A stretch of DNA of 64,000 nt, taken from contig CAZIGK010000001.1 in NCBI GenBank assembly GCA_964538615.1, positions 87,430-151,429 of the forward strand. Reading direction: 5' to 3'. Under the pieces are notes generated by a model, which worked only from the letters and a program-made list of their open reading frames with translations, was not told the DNA's origin and searched no databases. A program made the translations under genes and the position numbers. This document shows, in pieces, positions 9,366 through 17,902 of this stretch; positions within the stretch are counted from its first letter, which is position 1, and the number at the start of each line of letters is the position of its first letter. Source of the stretch: an uncultured Rickettsiales bacterium (GTDB lineage: Bacteria > Pseudomonadota > Alphaproteobacteria > Rickettsiales > RI-342).

Positions 9366-10250
9366 CTAGGGCAGCAACCTGCCCAGACCCATACGGCATA
9401 GAGTGCTGACGCCGGGTTTGGTGGGAAGATTGAGGTATTGCGACCAGTCTTGTACGTTGGCCAATTGCTGGTGATGCCAGTCCCCCAACGACAACAGGGG
9501 GCGGCATATGCGGCGCCACGGTGAGGGGATTATGGAAAGTTGCTGTTGCACTTGCTTCCGCAGGTGAGAGGCTTCTTGCAATATAGGAGCAAGGAGAGAC
9601 CGCCAGTCCTGTGTTTCTGGCTGTTGCAGGATGTTCTCTGCGGTTTGCTGCCGGGCTTCCAGCAGCGTGGTCGGGAGCCAAAGCTTACCGCGTGGCAAAT
9701 CATAGGGTAAAGCATGGCATTGGCGAAGGATGCCATAAAATTGAAGGGTTTGCCGTAAAACCTGTTGCAAAGCCAGAGGCGGAAGATTTTGTGTTTGCGT
9801 GGGGTTTGAAAAACAGAACTCCAAAGGCTGGTAGAGCGCCATACCGTCTGCACTATGGTAATCCATGAGTTGTGGCATTGTGTCTGGCGGGAGGGGAGAG
9901 ACATCCTGCTCGTGAGCGTCCAGTAGGGCTAGCAGTGGCTCCAGCGGACAGGTGGGATGCTGTTGCCGTGCCTGTTGCAACAGTGCCAGCACAGGATGGC
10001 GATGGCTGCCCTGCCCTGTATGCCATAGCTCCTCCAAGGCGTCCCTCCACCATTGCAGGCGGATCAGAGCGGGCATTTCTTCCCGCGTGATGTGCGAAAT
10101 GCGCCGTATTTCTGAATGCAATGACCCTAATGGTAACGCCAGTGAATGCCAGCCCGCAGGAAGGAGCAGCAACAGCAAATAACGTTCGTAATCCTGCTGA
10201 CGCAAGTGCGCATAGACATCCGAAGCAGTGGGGGTGGATAAAGAGGGCAT
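9366..10250 (-). CDS. Squalene/phytoene synthase family protein (NDUFAF6-like)
   Basis: DYERYL ... RLQWWRDAL motifs typical of the alphaproteobacterial NDUFAF6-like subfamily; 294 aa. Confidence 0.8.
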   Translation of the reverse strand: MPSLSTPTASDVYAHLRQQDYERYLLLLLLPAGWHSLALPLGSLHSEIRRISHITREEMPALIRLQWWRDALEELWHTGQGSHRHPVLALLQQARQQHPTCPLEPLLALLDAHEQDVSPLPPDTMPQLMDYHSADGMALYQPLEFCFSNPTQTQNLPPLALQQVLRQTLQFYGILRQCHALPYDLPRGKLWLPTTLLEARQQTAENILQQPETQDWRSLLAPILQEASHLRKQVQQQLSIIPSPWRRICRPLLSLGDWHHQQLANVQDWSQYLNLPTKPGVSTLCRMGLGRLLP

Positions 10251-10265
10251 AGGCTGCTTTATATT

Positions 10266-10300
10266 GAGAATCGTTATCGCTAGAATCTTTCTAAAGATTC
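10266..10300. promoter_or_regulatory. Candidate iron-responsive operator cluster upstream of sodB
   Basis: GAGAATCGTTATC (10266-10278) matches 11 of 13 positions of a Fur half-consensus GATAATCATTATC. gcTAGAA-TCT-TTCTAAA (10279-10295) matches 12 of 14 positions of the Irr ICE motif TTTAGAA-N3-TTCTAAA as I recall it. It overlaps an 8+8 inverted repeat GAATCTTT-ct-AAAGATTC (10283-10300). Confidence 0.35.
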
Positions 10301-10353
10301 GCTAGAGTACGGGACACAAACCATGTTATCCAGCGAAAAATGGAGAGTTTTAT

Positions 10354-10977
10354 ATGGCTTTTACGCTGCCACCCCTACCCTATGCGAAAAATGCTCTGTC
10401 ACCTCATATGTCTGAGGAGACCTTTAATTTTCACTATGAAAAACACCATAATGCTTACGTAGTGAACCTGAACAAGCTGGTGGAAGGTACGGAATATGCC
10501 ACTATGCCGCTGGAAGATGTGGTGAAGGCAACCGCAGGCAAAGCCGACAAGCAAGGTATTTTCAATAATGCTGCGCAAGTGTGGAATCATAGCTTTTTTT
10601 GGAGCAGCATGACCCCTAACAACGGTGGCGGCACCCCAACGGGTGAGTTGGCCGCCAAAATCAATGCCGCCTTTGGTAGCTATGATGCGTTTAAAGAGCA
10701 GTTTAAAACGGCGGCTACTACACAATTTGGTAGTGGCTGGGCATGGCTGGTGGAAGAAAACGGCAGCTTAAAAATCACCAAAACCGCTAATGCTGATACG
10801 CCACTGGCACATGGTCAAAACCCACTGCTAACCGTGGATGTGTGGGAGCATGCGTATTATTTGGATTTCCAGAATCGGCGTCCGGATTTTGTGGATAGTT
10901 TCCTGAACCATTTGGTGAATTGGGAATTTGCCGCTGAAAATCTGGGTCGTGGTGAGCCTTTTAAGGTCGCTGCGTAA
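10354..10977 (+). CDS. sodB: Superoxide dismutase [Fe]
   Basis: MAFTLPPLPYAKNALSPHMSEETFNFHYEKHH and DVWEHAYY motifs. GGAGAG SD 6 nt upstream. Confidence 0.95.
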   Translation: MAFTLPPLPYAKNALSPHMSEETFNFHYEKHHNAYVVNLNKLVEGTEYATMPLEDVVKATAGKADKQGIFNNAAQVWNHSFFWSSMTPNNGGGTPTGELAAKINAAFGSYDAFKEQFKTAATTQFGSGWAWLVEENGSLKITKTANADTPLAHGQNPLLTVDVWEHAYYLDFQNRRPDFVDSFLNHLVNWEFAAENLGRGEPFKVAA

Positions 10978-11007
10978 CAGCATCCATCGGATGTAGGCAT
11001 TCGCCAT

Positions 11008-11039
11008 AAGGCGCGGGGTTAGGCTCCGCGCCTTTTTTT
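11008..11039 (+). terminator. Rho-independent terminator after sodB
   Basis: 9-bp stem AAGGCGCGG / CCGCGCCTT with a 9-nt loop, followed by a run of seven T. Confidence 0.85.
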
Positions 11040-11053
11040 ATCGCGTGGGTGGG

Positions 11054-11074
11054 TGCCTGCGCAGGCATGACGGG
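11054..11074. repeat. Dispersed copy of the terminal hairpin motif of the 113-bp repeat
   Basis: TGCCTGC-GCAGGCATGACGGG here versus TGCCTGC-ctac-GCAGGCATGACGGG at 334-358. Confidence 0.6.
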
Positions 11075-11106
11075 TTCTCCCAAGGGGCGGTGTAAAGGAG
11101 AGCGCC

Positions 11107-11490
11107 TTATGGTAGGGGGCAGAGCAAGGCAGCGACTTTACGACCTTCCGCCAGCAGGACATTAAAGGTGCGGCAGGCGGCACCGGTAGACATGACTTCC
11201 ACCGCCAGTGATGCCTGCTTACAACGCTGTCGCAGGTCAGGCGGCAGGTAGGCTGGGCGTTCTCCTGTACCGATAAGCAGGATTTCGATGGGATAAGGAA
11301 CATTAAACGCGGGTTGCAGGTCTGTTTCGGTGAGGGTTTGTGGGGATTCTGGGGCTGGCCATGCTTGTGTGGATGCCAGTTGCACAAACACCCCGCCCGT
11401 ATGCCATTGCCCACGGATACGAAAGCCCCCGTTACCGTAACTTTCGATGAGTTGGGCGGAGGAGCTAACGGTTGGTGTAATATCGGGCAT
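11107..11490 (-). CDS. Mth938-like (DUF498, NDUFAF3-like) domain protein
   Basis: SYGNGGFRI...H.G....P motif pattern; 127 aa. Conserved position next to the sec genes and the NDUFAF6-like gene. Confidence 0.8.
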   Translation of the reverse strand: MPDITPTVSSSAQLIESYGNGGFRIRGQWHTGGVFVQLASTQAWPAPESPQTLTETDLQPAFNVPYPIEILLIGTGERPAYLPPDLRQRCKQASLAVEVMSTGAACRTFNVLLAEGRKVAALLCPLP

Positions 11491-11501
11491 CCGCAGTCAA
11501 C

Positions 11502-13037
11502 CTAGATGGAAAGTTTTTGTGGGCGTTTATGCCGTACGTGGGTGACCAGCATCAGGCGGGTGAGCATAATGGCGGTGAACATAGAGGTGAGGATGCCAAT
11601 AGACAGAGTAACCGCAAAACCACGCACTGGACCCGCCCCCATCTGGAACAGAATGAGCGCCGCCAGAAGGGTGGTAATATTGGCATCGAAGATGGTGCTG
11701 AATGCATGTTGAAAGCCTGCTTCCACGGCACCGGGAACTTTTTTGCCCGACCGCAATTCTTCCTTGATACGTTCATAGATGAGGACGTTGGCATCCACCA
11801 CCATCCCCAAAGTCAGGACGATACCGGCAATGCCCGGCAGGGTCAGCGTTGCGCCCAGTGCGCTGAGTGCGGCGACAATCATGAGCATATTACAGGCAAG
11901 CGCCACCACCGCATAGACACCGGAGCGTTTATAATAAACGGCCATCATCAGGGCGACCAGAAGCACCCCCAGCACAAAGGCGCGGCTGCCTGCCTGTACG
12001 GAATCTTCCCCAAGGCTTGGACCAACGGTGCGTTCTTCCAGTACATTTAAGGGGGCTGGCAGGGCACCGGCACGCAGCAAAATAGCCAGATCATTGGCGC
12101 TTTCTGCGGTAAAGTTACCGGAAATCATGCCAGAGCCGCCTAAAATCGGCTCGCGGATGACGGGGGCGCTAATCACTTCTTCATCTAACAGAATGGCAAA
12201 GGGGCGCCCCACATTTTCCGACGTGATGGCACCGAATTTCCGTGCCCCTTGTGTGGTGAGCGTGAACGAGACGATGGGCTGGTTTTCATTGAAGGCGGCA
12301 TGGGCATCCGATAATTGATCCCCACCCAGCAGAGGTTGGCGTTCGATACGGATGGTGCCACCTTCCTGCATGCGTACGACACGGCTGCCTGCTTCGCCAG
12401 CTTGTCCGGGAGAGACGACCAGATGGAAGCTGAGCTTTGCGGTTTTACCCAGTAATTGCTTCAGGCGCTCAGGGTCATTCATACCGGGCACTTGCAGGAT
12501 GATGCGATCTTCTCCCTGTTGCTGAATGATGGGTTCACGGGTACCGGTTTCATCCACCCGGCGGCGGACGATTTCAATGGATTGTTGCAGCAGTTGTTTA
12601 CGGGCATCCTGCATGGCCTGTTCCGACAGGCTGAGCACCCAGTCTTCACCCGTTTGTGACAGGGTAAAGCGGCGATCCACCTCTTGCAGCGCCTCTTCAA
12701 ACGCCTCTTCTGTTTGGCCTTTATTCAGGCGCGGAGTGAGGCGAACCGTCTCCCCTTCAATACGCAGGTTACGGTAGCCCAGTTTGGCATCCCGCAGGGT
12801 GCGGCGAACCTCGTTACGCAGGTTTTCCCGTTGCTCCTGCAGGTAGGCCGTGACATCCACCTGTAATTGCAGATGCGAGCCACCTTGCAGATCCAGTCCC
12901 AGATTCACCGTTTGCTGGGGTAGCCAGCCAGGAACCGGTTTGCCCAGCAGGGCAAACAGATTCGGCAGGGACAAGACCAGTGCCCCAATGAGTACAACGG
13001 CGATCAGAAGTTTTTTCCACAGTGGAAAATCCTGCAT
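11502..13037 (-). CDS. secD: Protein translocase subunit SecD
   Basis: 511 aa with an N-terminal TM helix, a large periplasmic domain and a C-terminal six-helix bundle (VDANVLIYERIKEE motif). Confidence 0.93.
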   Translation of the reverse strand: MQDFPLWKKLLIAVVLIGALVLSLPNLFALLGKPVPGWLPQQTVNLGLDLQGGSHLQLQVDVTAYLQEQRENLRNEVRRTLRDAKLGYRNLRIEGETVRLTPRLNKGQTEEAFEEALQEVDRRFTLSQTGEDWVLSLSEQAMQDARKQLLQQSIEIVRRRVDETGTREPIIQQQGEDRIILQVPGMNDPERLKQLLGKTAKLSFHLVVSPGQAGEAGSRVVRMQEGGTIRIERQPLLGGDQLSDAHAAFNENQPIVSFTLTTQGARKFGAITSENVGRPFAILLDEEVISAPVIREPILGGSGMISGNFTAESANDLAILLRAGALPAPLNVLEERTVGPSLGEDSVQAGSRAFVLGVLLVALMMAVYYKRSGVYAVVALACNMLMIVAALSALGATLTLPGIAGIVLTLGMVVDANVLIYERIKEELRSGKKVPGAVEAGFQHAFSTIFDANITTLLAALILFQMGAGPVRGFAVTLSIGILTSMFTAIMLTRLMLVTHVRHKRPQKLSI

Positions 13038-13101
13038 ACGGGTGGCTCCGGTTAGGATGAAAAGAGAGCGGTTAGGAAAGCGAGAGGTGAACCGCCGTCA
13101 C

Positions 13102-13497
13102 TTATTTGGCTACGGTTTTGCGGCGTGTTTTTTTATTGTCGTCATTGGCAGCAGGCTGCGGTTTAGCCACCACGTTATTGACCGTGGAACGCAGCACCTT
13201 GACGGTCACGCCTGTCGCTACTTCCACTTCCAGTGTTTCTTCTTTTTCATCCACACGGGTAACCGTGCCAAGGACGCCACCAGCGGTCACAATTTTGTCT
13301 CCCCGTTTCAGAGCGGTGACCATTTGCTGATGCTCTTTCAGGCGGCGTTGTTGAGGGCGAATGACAATGAAGTAAAAAATAATGGCCATGCCGCCAATGA
13401 GCAACAGTTGCGAAGATGGGCTGGCAGCCTGTGGTGCGGTGGCTGCGTTTTCTGCCACCTGAGCGGCGGCTTGCTGGGCAATAGCATAAATAGACAT
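13102..13497 (-). CDS. yajC: Preprotein translocase subunit YajC
   Basis: Single TM helix followed by RPQQRR.KEH..M...L..GD.V.T.GG..G.V motif; 131 aa. Confidence 0.92.
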   Translation of the reverse strand: MSIYAIAQQAAAQVAENAATAPQAASPSSQLLLIGGMAIIFYFIVIRPQQRRLKEHQQMVTALKRGDKIVTAGGVLGTVTRVDEKEETLEVEVATGVTVKVLRSTVNNVVAKPQPAANDDNKKTRRKTVAK

Positions 13498-13610
13498 GAA
13501 AGAACCCTTATGTCGTGAATAATAAAATGATTGGCAGGCACTATAGAGAGGGGCTGGTCAGTCCGCAACGGTTAATCCGGCAGGAGGGTGGACGGAAGCA
13601 CGCTGCGTGG

Positions 13611-14579
13611 TCAGATCATTGCGTGATACTGGCGGAACCACTGGACAAACTGTGCCATGCCTTCTTCAATTGAGATATGGGGATGAAAGCCCAAATCACG
13701 CTGACTATCTGTGATATCGGCATAGGTTTCCAGTACATCACCGGGTTGAAGGGGAAAAAAATGCTTGGTGGCCTGCCTGCCGGTGGCCTGCTCAATGGCG
13801 GCGATGAAGCGCAGCAAATCCACCGATTGATGATTGCCCAAATTATACAGGCGATGGCTGTTGGGAGCGGCAGGTTGATGCAATGCCCCCATGATGCCTT
13901 CAACAATATCGGTAATATAGGTGAAATCCCGCTTCATGCGCCCATGGTTATACACCTCTATGGCTTCCCCCGCGAGAATAGCGCGGGTGAATTTCCATGG
14001 AGCCATATCCGGCCTGCCCCATGGTCCATACACGGTAAAAAAGCGCAACCCCGTGAGGGAAAGCTGGTAGAGGTGGCGGTAGCTTTCTGCCATTAGCTCC
14101 CCTGCCCGCTTGGTTGCGGCATAGAGGGACACCGGGTGGTCCACGTGATCCGTTGGGCGGTAGGGGCGCGTGTCATTGGCGCCATAGACAGAGCTTGAAC
14201 TGGCATAAATGCCTTGCGGAATGGCATATTGGCGCATGAGTTCCAGCATGACCAATTGGCCATCCACATTGCTGTGGGTGTAGGCGAAGGGATTTTGCAG
14301 GGAATAACGCACCCCGGCCTGAGCCGCGAGGTGGATAATGGCATCCGGTGTGCCATATTGCCTGATCACCGCCTGCATGGACGGCCAATCTGCACAATCC
14401 GCCTGTAGGAAATGGAACCCCTGTTGGGTCGTTAATTGTGCGAGGCGGTCATGCTTTAACTGGACGGGATAATAGTCATTGAGGTTATCCACCCCCACGA
14501 CCTGATAGCCCTGCGACAGCAGACGAAGTGCGGTATGCATGCCGATAAAGCCTGCGGCCCCCGTGAGAAGTATTTTCAC
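13611..14579 (-). CDS. NAD-dependent epimerase, UDP-glucuronate 4-epimerase type
   Basis: MKILLTGAAGFIG Rossmann motif, YAATK catalytic motif, extended-SDR length. GTG start overlaps the upstream stop (GTGA). Confidence 0.88.
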   Translation of the reverse strand: MKILLTGAAGFIGMHTALRLLSQGYQVVGVDNLNDYYPVQLKHDRLAQLTTQQGFHFLQADCADWPSMQAVIRQYGTPDAIIHLAAQAGVRYSLQNPFAYTHSNVDGQLVMLELMRQYAIPQGIYASSSSVYGANDTRPYRPTDHVDHPVSLYAATKRAGELMAESYRHLYQLSLTGLRFFTVYGPWGRPDMAPWKFTRAILAGEAIEVYNHGRMKRDFTYITDIVEGIMGALHQPAAPNSHRLYNLGNHQSVDLLRFIAAIEQATGRQATKHFFPLQPGDVLETYADITDSQRDLGFHPHISIEEGMAQFVQWFRQYHAMI

Positions 14580-16531
14580 GCGGTCTCCTCCAGCGCATCC
14601 AGATACGTACGGGCGATGGTGGTAGGTTCAAACAGCGAGGGGCTGAATTTTAATTGTTCCTGCGCGGGATGATTATCCAGCAATTGATCCTGTTCGGCGT
14701 CCCGCAGTGCCTTGAGTTCCTGCATCTGATGGCAGCGTCGCCACCAACGGCACAAGCGGGAGGAAAGAAGCCGCGGCTTGATTTGTTCCGCTTCCTGCAT
14801 ACGCAGCACCATTTCCCGAACGGAGACGATTTCTCCCCCGGCGAGGGTGAGGGTTTGGCCGTTCAGTTCCCGGTTGCCGATAGCGCGGAGAATGGCGCGG
14901 GCGGCATCTTCCACCTGCAGGGGTTGACGGCGGCCTGTTGCCTGCCCGGAAAGCGGCACCCAGCCATGGGTGCGTATATGCTGGCGTAGATCGCTGAGGG
15001 AGTCTCCCACACCCAGCCCATAGGTTGGGGCATGGCGAAAGATGGTGGCGCGGATTTTCAGGCGCTCGCACAGGCCGAAGAACTCACGCTCTGCCTGTTT
15101 GCTGACTGCGGTTGTGTCATCGGATGGTTCTGTTGCTGTCTCCCGTTGGCGTAGCAGGGTTTGTTCCTGCTGCCAGCGGGCGGGCGTGACCCACAAAAGC
15201 TGGCGCAACCCTAGCTTTTGCCAATGGCGCAGGGTGGTTTCATCCGGCAGGTTATTGCCAAGCAGAATCACATATTCCGGTTGGCCTTCTGCGGCCAGCC
15301 CCGGCAGAGTCCACTGCAACTGCGCGTCATAAAACGGCAGCGGTGTGGAGCGCAGCACGCGAAGGCGCTGGTTCATTTTCAACAATCGGCGCAACAGTGC
15401 CAGCCAGAGCGCATGGTCTTTTTCCCCGTAGAGCCAGACTTCTCCCTCCATTTCCGGGAAGGCTTTGGCTGTGGTGAGCATGGGCGCAGGGGTTTGTTCA
15501 TATTCCTGAAGCAAAAACAGCTTGCGCAGCAATTGCTGTCGTTGCGCATCATACAGGCGCGCTTTTTGTTTCAGGCGTTGTTGCATACGACGACGCATCA
15601 GACGGCGTAACCTGGGCAAGAGGCGAGCTTTTTTGACCCATTTGGCGTCGGAAGGTTCGGTGAAGTAATGTTTCCAATAGTGATCCAGCCCATGCAATGC
15701 ACGGCGCTGCCATGCGGCATCCCATGGGTTGCCAAGCCAGTATAGCGTGATGGATGGCAGCCACAGCAGACGGTAGCCTTTGGCACGCAGGCGCAAACAG
15801 AAATCCCACCCGGCGAGGAGTTCACCGTACTCTCCGTTCAGGCCGTCAAACTCCTGAAACAGGTGCTTACTGCATAGCCAGACATAGGGAGGTAAGGAGG
15901 GAACGGCCAGTGCATCTTTCATGCCCGATGCATCTGGCAGGAAGAGGCCAAGACCGGCGTCCTTATCTTCCGGTTTATGTTGTAACTCTGCGACAAAGTG
16001 TTTGGGTGTGAGTAGATTGGTACGGTTTTCACGCAAAGGATTGCCTTCTGCATCCAGCAGGCGTGGGCTGATGATGCCACCTTGTTTATTCGCATCCAAT
16101 GCGCGTGCCATTTGCAACAGACAGCCGGGCGGTAGGATAGCCTGCGCTGACACAAACAGCAGCATGCGCCCTTTGGCCATATCTGCCCCGATATTGCGAG
16201 CGGCGGCTTGTTGCATATCCGGCTCTGGCAGGTCAATGATGCGCATTTTTTTGTGAAAGCCCGCCAGTTGTTCCAGCCGGGTGCGGGTGTCTGGGGTCAG
16301 GCCATTATCCAGCAGTAGCAGTTCCAACAACCCTTCCTGTGTCAGGAGGGATTGCAGGCAGAGCCAGAGCGCGGCATCAGCCCCATCTGCCACGACAATG
16401 GCGCTGGCGCGAATATCCGAAACGGCCAGAGAATCTTCGTTCAGCAGTTCACCCTGTTCTGTGGTCATGGTTCTGTGCGTTCTGTGTGCGGCGTGATGAT
16501 GAAGATGGACAAAGCCATGGTTGTACATCAA
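14576..16531 (-). CDS. Glycosyltransferase family 2 domain fused to a degenerate extended-SDR (epimerase-like) domain
   Basis: The N-terminal half has GT2 landmarks (LLLLDNG, ARNIG). The C-terminal half parallels epimerase landmarks (TIFRHAPTYGLG, RQPLQVEDAARAILRAI, GQTLTLAGGEIVSVREM). Start uncertain (16531/16528 or ATG at 16468); no clear SD for any of them. Confidence 0.65.
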   Translation of the reverse strand: MMYNHGFVHLHHHAAHRTHRTMTTEQGELLNEDSLAVSDIRASAIVVADGADAALWLCLQSLLTQEGLLELLLLDNGLTPDTRTRLEQLAGFHKKMRIIDLPEPDMQQAAARNIGADMAKGRMLLFVSAQAILPPGCLLQMARALDANKQGGIISPRLLDAEGNPLRENRTNLLTPKHFVAELQHKPEDKDAGLGLFLPDASGMKDALAVPSLPPYVWLCSKHLFQEFDGLNGEYGELLAGWDFCLRLRAKGYRLLWLPSITLYWLGNPWDAAWQRRALHGLDHYWKHYFTEPSDAKWVKKARLLPRLRRLMRRRMQQRLKQKARLYDAQRQQLLRKLFLLQEYEQTPAPMLTTAKAFPEMEGEVWLYGEKDHALWLALLRRLLKMNQRLRVLRSTPLPFYDAQLQWTLPGLAAEGQPEYVILLGNNLPDETTLRHWQKLGLRQLLWVTPARWQQEQTLLRQRETATEPSDDTTAVSKQAEREFFGLCERLKIRATIFRHAPTYGLGVGDSLSDLRQHIRTHGWVPLSGQATGRRQPLQVEDAARAILRAIGNRELNGQTLTLAGGEIVSVREMVLRMQEAEQIKPRLLSSRLCRWWRRCHQMQELKALRDAEQDQLLDNHPAQEQLKFSPSLFEPTTIARTYLDALEETA

Positions 16532-16751
16532 CTGTCGCTACAGACAATCAGAATTATGCAACAGATGTGATGATCTACGCGCTTCCTATCGGCTCTCTGT
16601 GCGAGGGGACAGGTGTATGCTGATGGTGTGGATTGGGTCACAGTGGGGGATATATTTACGGATCACACAGGTACTTGTCTGCCATGATGATCGGAATCAA
16701 CGCGTGTGGCATCTATAGCGCAAGCCCGTGGTAGATGCGTGGGGAGGATTG

Positions 16752-17699
16752 TTACCCCGCACGGGCACGGGATGTTTCCTCCAGCATAATACGGTGAGCG
16801 CGTTCATATTCCATATGGGTGGCACGCGCCAGCATCGCTTCCTTGAACAGGATCAGGGCGTCCTGTCGCAGCCGTTGCAGAATGCTGACATGTTGATCTG
16901 GATCACGGAGTTGAATATCCACCACCTGTCCTTGCTCATTCATCTCGATCATCAGAGGTTTGAATTGCCTGCGGCCAATAACCGCAGAACCAGTATTGTG
17001 TGCCGAGACAGGTTGTTCCGGCGTGTGGATACCTTCTGGCTGAAAGCCCTGATACGCATGGTGAATGTGGCCGTAGATAATGTGAGCAATACCCAACAGC
17101 AGCTCTGGATGTTCCTGACTGTAGGCCTGCCATATAGCATCCAGATTTTTTTGTGGCGGGTGAAACAGGGCTTTGGAGGCTGCACCGGGAGCCAGAATAT
17201 TGCCGATGAAACCGATAAGTTTTGGGAAATCCGGATGGATGTGTTTGGTCATGCTGATAAGACCACCCAGTTTTAATTTAAGCTGGCTTGTATCCTGTGG
17301 GGCATCATCCCGACGTTCGGTACTGTAACGGTGGATGGGGGCGTCTCCATGTAGGAACAGGGCTTCTCCCAATTGTACTTCATCGGCATAGGCATGGAAG
17401 TTGGGATATTCTGCGGCCAAAGCCTGCATGGCAGGGAGCAGACCGGGAATATCCTCGTGGTTGCCCTGCACCCAATGTATTTCCGTCTCCGGAAAGCGTT
17501 CCAGCCAGCGGCGCATTTGACGAACAGCGCGCTGGATGACCTCTGCCGGGGTTTCTGTGGTGGCCTTGCCTTCAAAAATATCGCCCCCCATGACCACAAT
17601 ATCCGCTTCTGCCATGCCCGCTTCAATGGCAGGCAGGTATTCTGCTCCACGGCTATAGGGAGAACCAAGATGTGAATCGGAGAAACTATAGATTTTCAT
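16752..17699 (-). CDS. Metallophosphoesterase (calcineurin-like, LpxH-like motif order)
   Basis: Motif series SDSHLG, GGDIFE, QGNHED, LHGD, YGHIHH. Start set to MKIY at 17699; the ATG at 17720 is also possible. The track N-terminal extension is not supported. Confidence 0.8.
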   Translation of the reverse strand: MKIYSFSDSHLGSPYSRGAEYLPAIEAGMAEADIVVMGGDIFEGKATTETPAEVIQRAVRQMRRWLERFPETEIHWVQGNHEDIPGLLPAMQALAAEYPNFHAYADEVQLGEALFLHGDAPIHRYSTERRDDAPQDTSQLKLKLGGLISMTKHIHPDFPKLIGFIGNILAPGAASKALFHPPQKNLDAIWQAYSQEHPELLLGIAHIIYGHIHHAYQGFQPEGIHTPEQPVSAHNTGSAVIGRRQFKPLMIEMNEQGQVVDIQLRDPDQHVSILQRLRQDALILFKEAMLARATHMEYERAHRIMLEETSRARAG

Positions 17700-17872
17700 G
17701 AAACGTCCCGTGTCTATCATTTTTTTGCGCAATGTATATTTTTGTTGCGCCCATGGCCAGCAAAAGTTATGGCATAGGCGCGAACATCCTAAACCGTGCG
17801 GAGACTTCTGTACAGGATGACGCAAATCAGGTGACAAAAGGGATTGACGGGCGCAGGAGAAATCATATAGTA

Positions 17873-17892
17873 CCAATATAGTACTATATTGG
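17873..17892. promoter_or_regulatory. 20-bp perfect palindrome, candidate Rrf2 operator of the suf operon
   Basis: CCAATATAGTACTATATTGG equals its own reverse complement and ends 11 nt before the regulator ATG. The half-site ATATAGTAC is repeated once more at 17866-17874. Confidence 0.5.
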
Positions 17893-17902
17893 GGCTGACG
17901 CC

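Noticed and set aside
12850-13518. 222-aa plus-strand ORF.
   Set aside because: It is antisense across the secD 5' end and yajC, both of which have clear family motifs.
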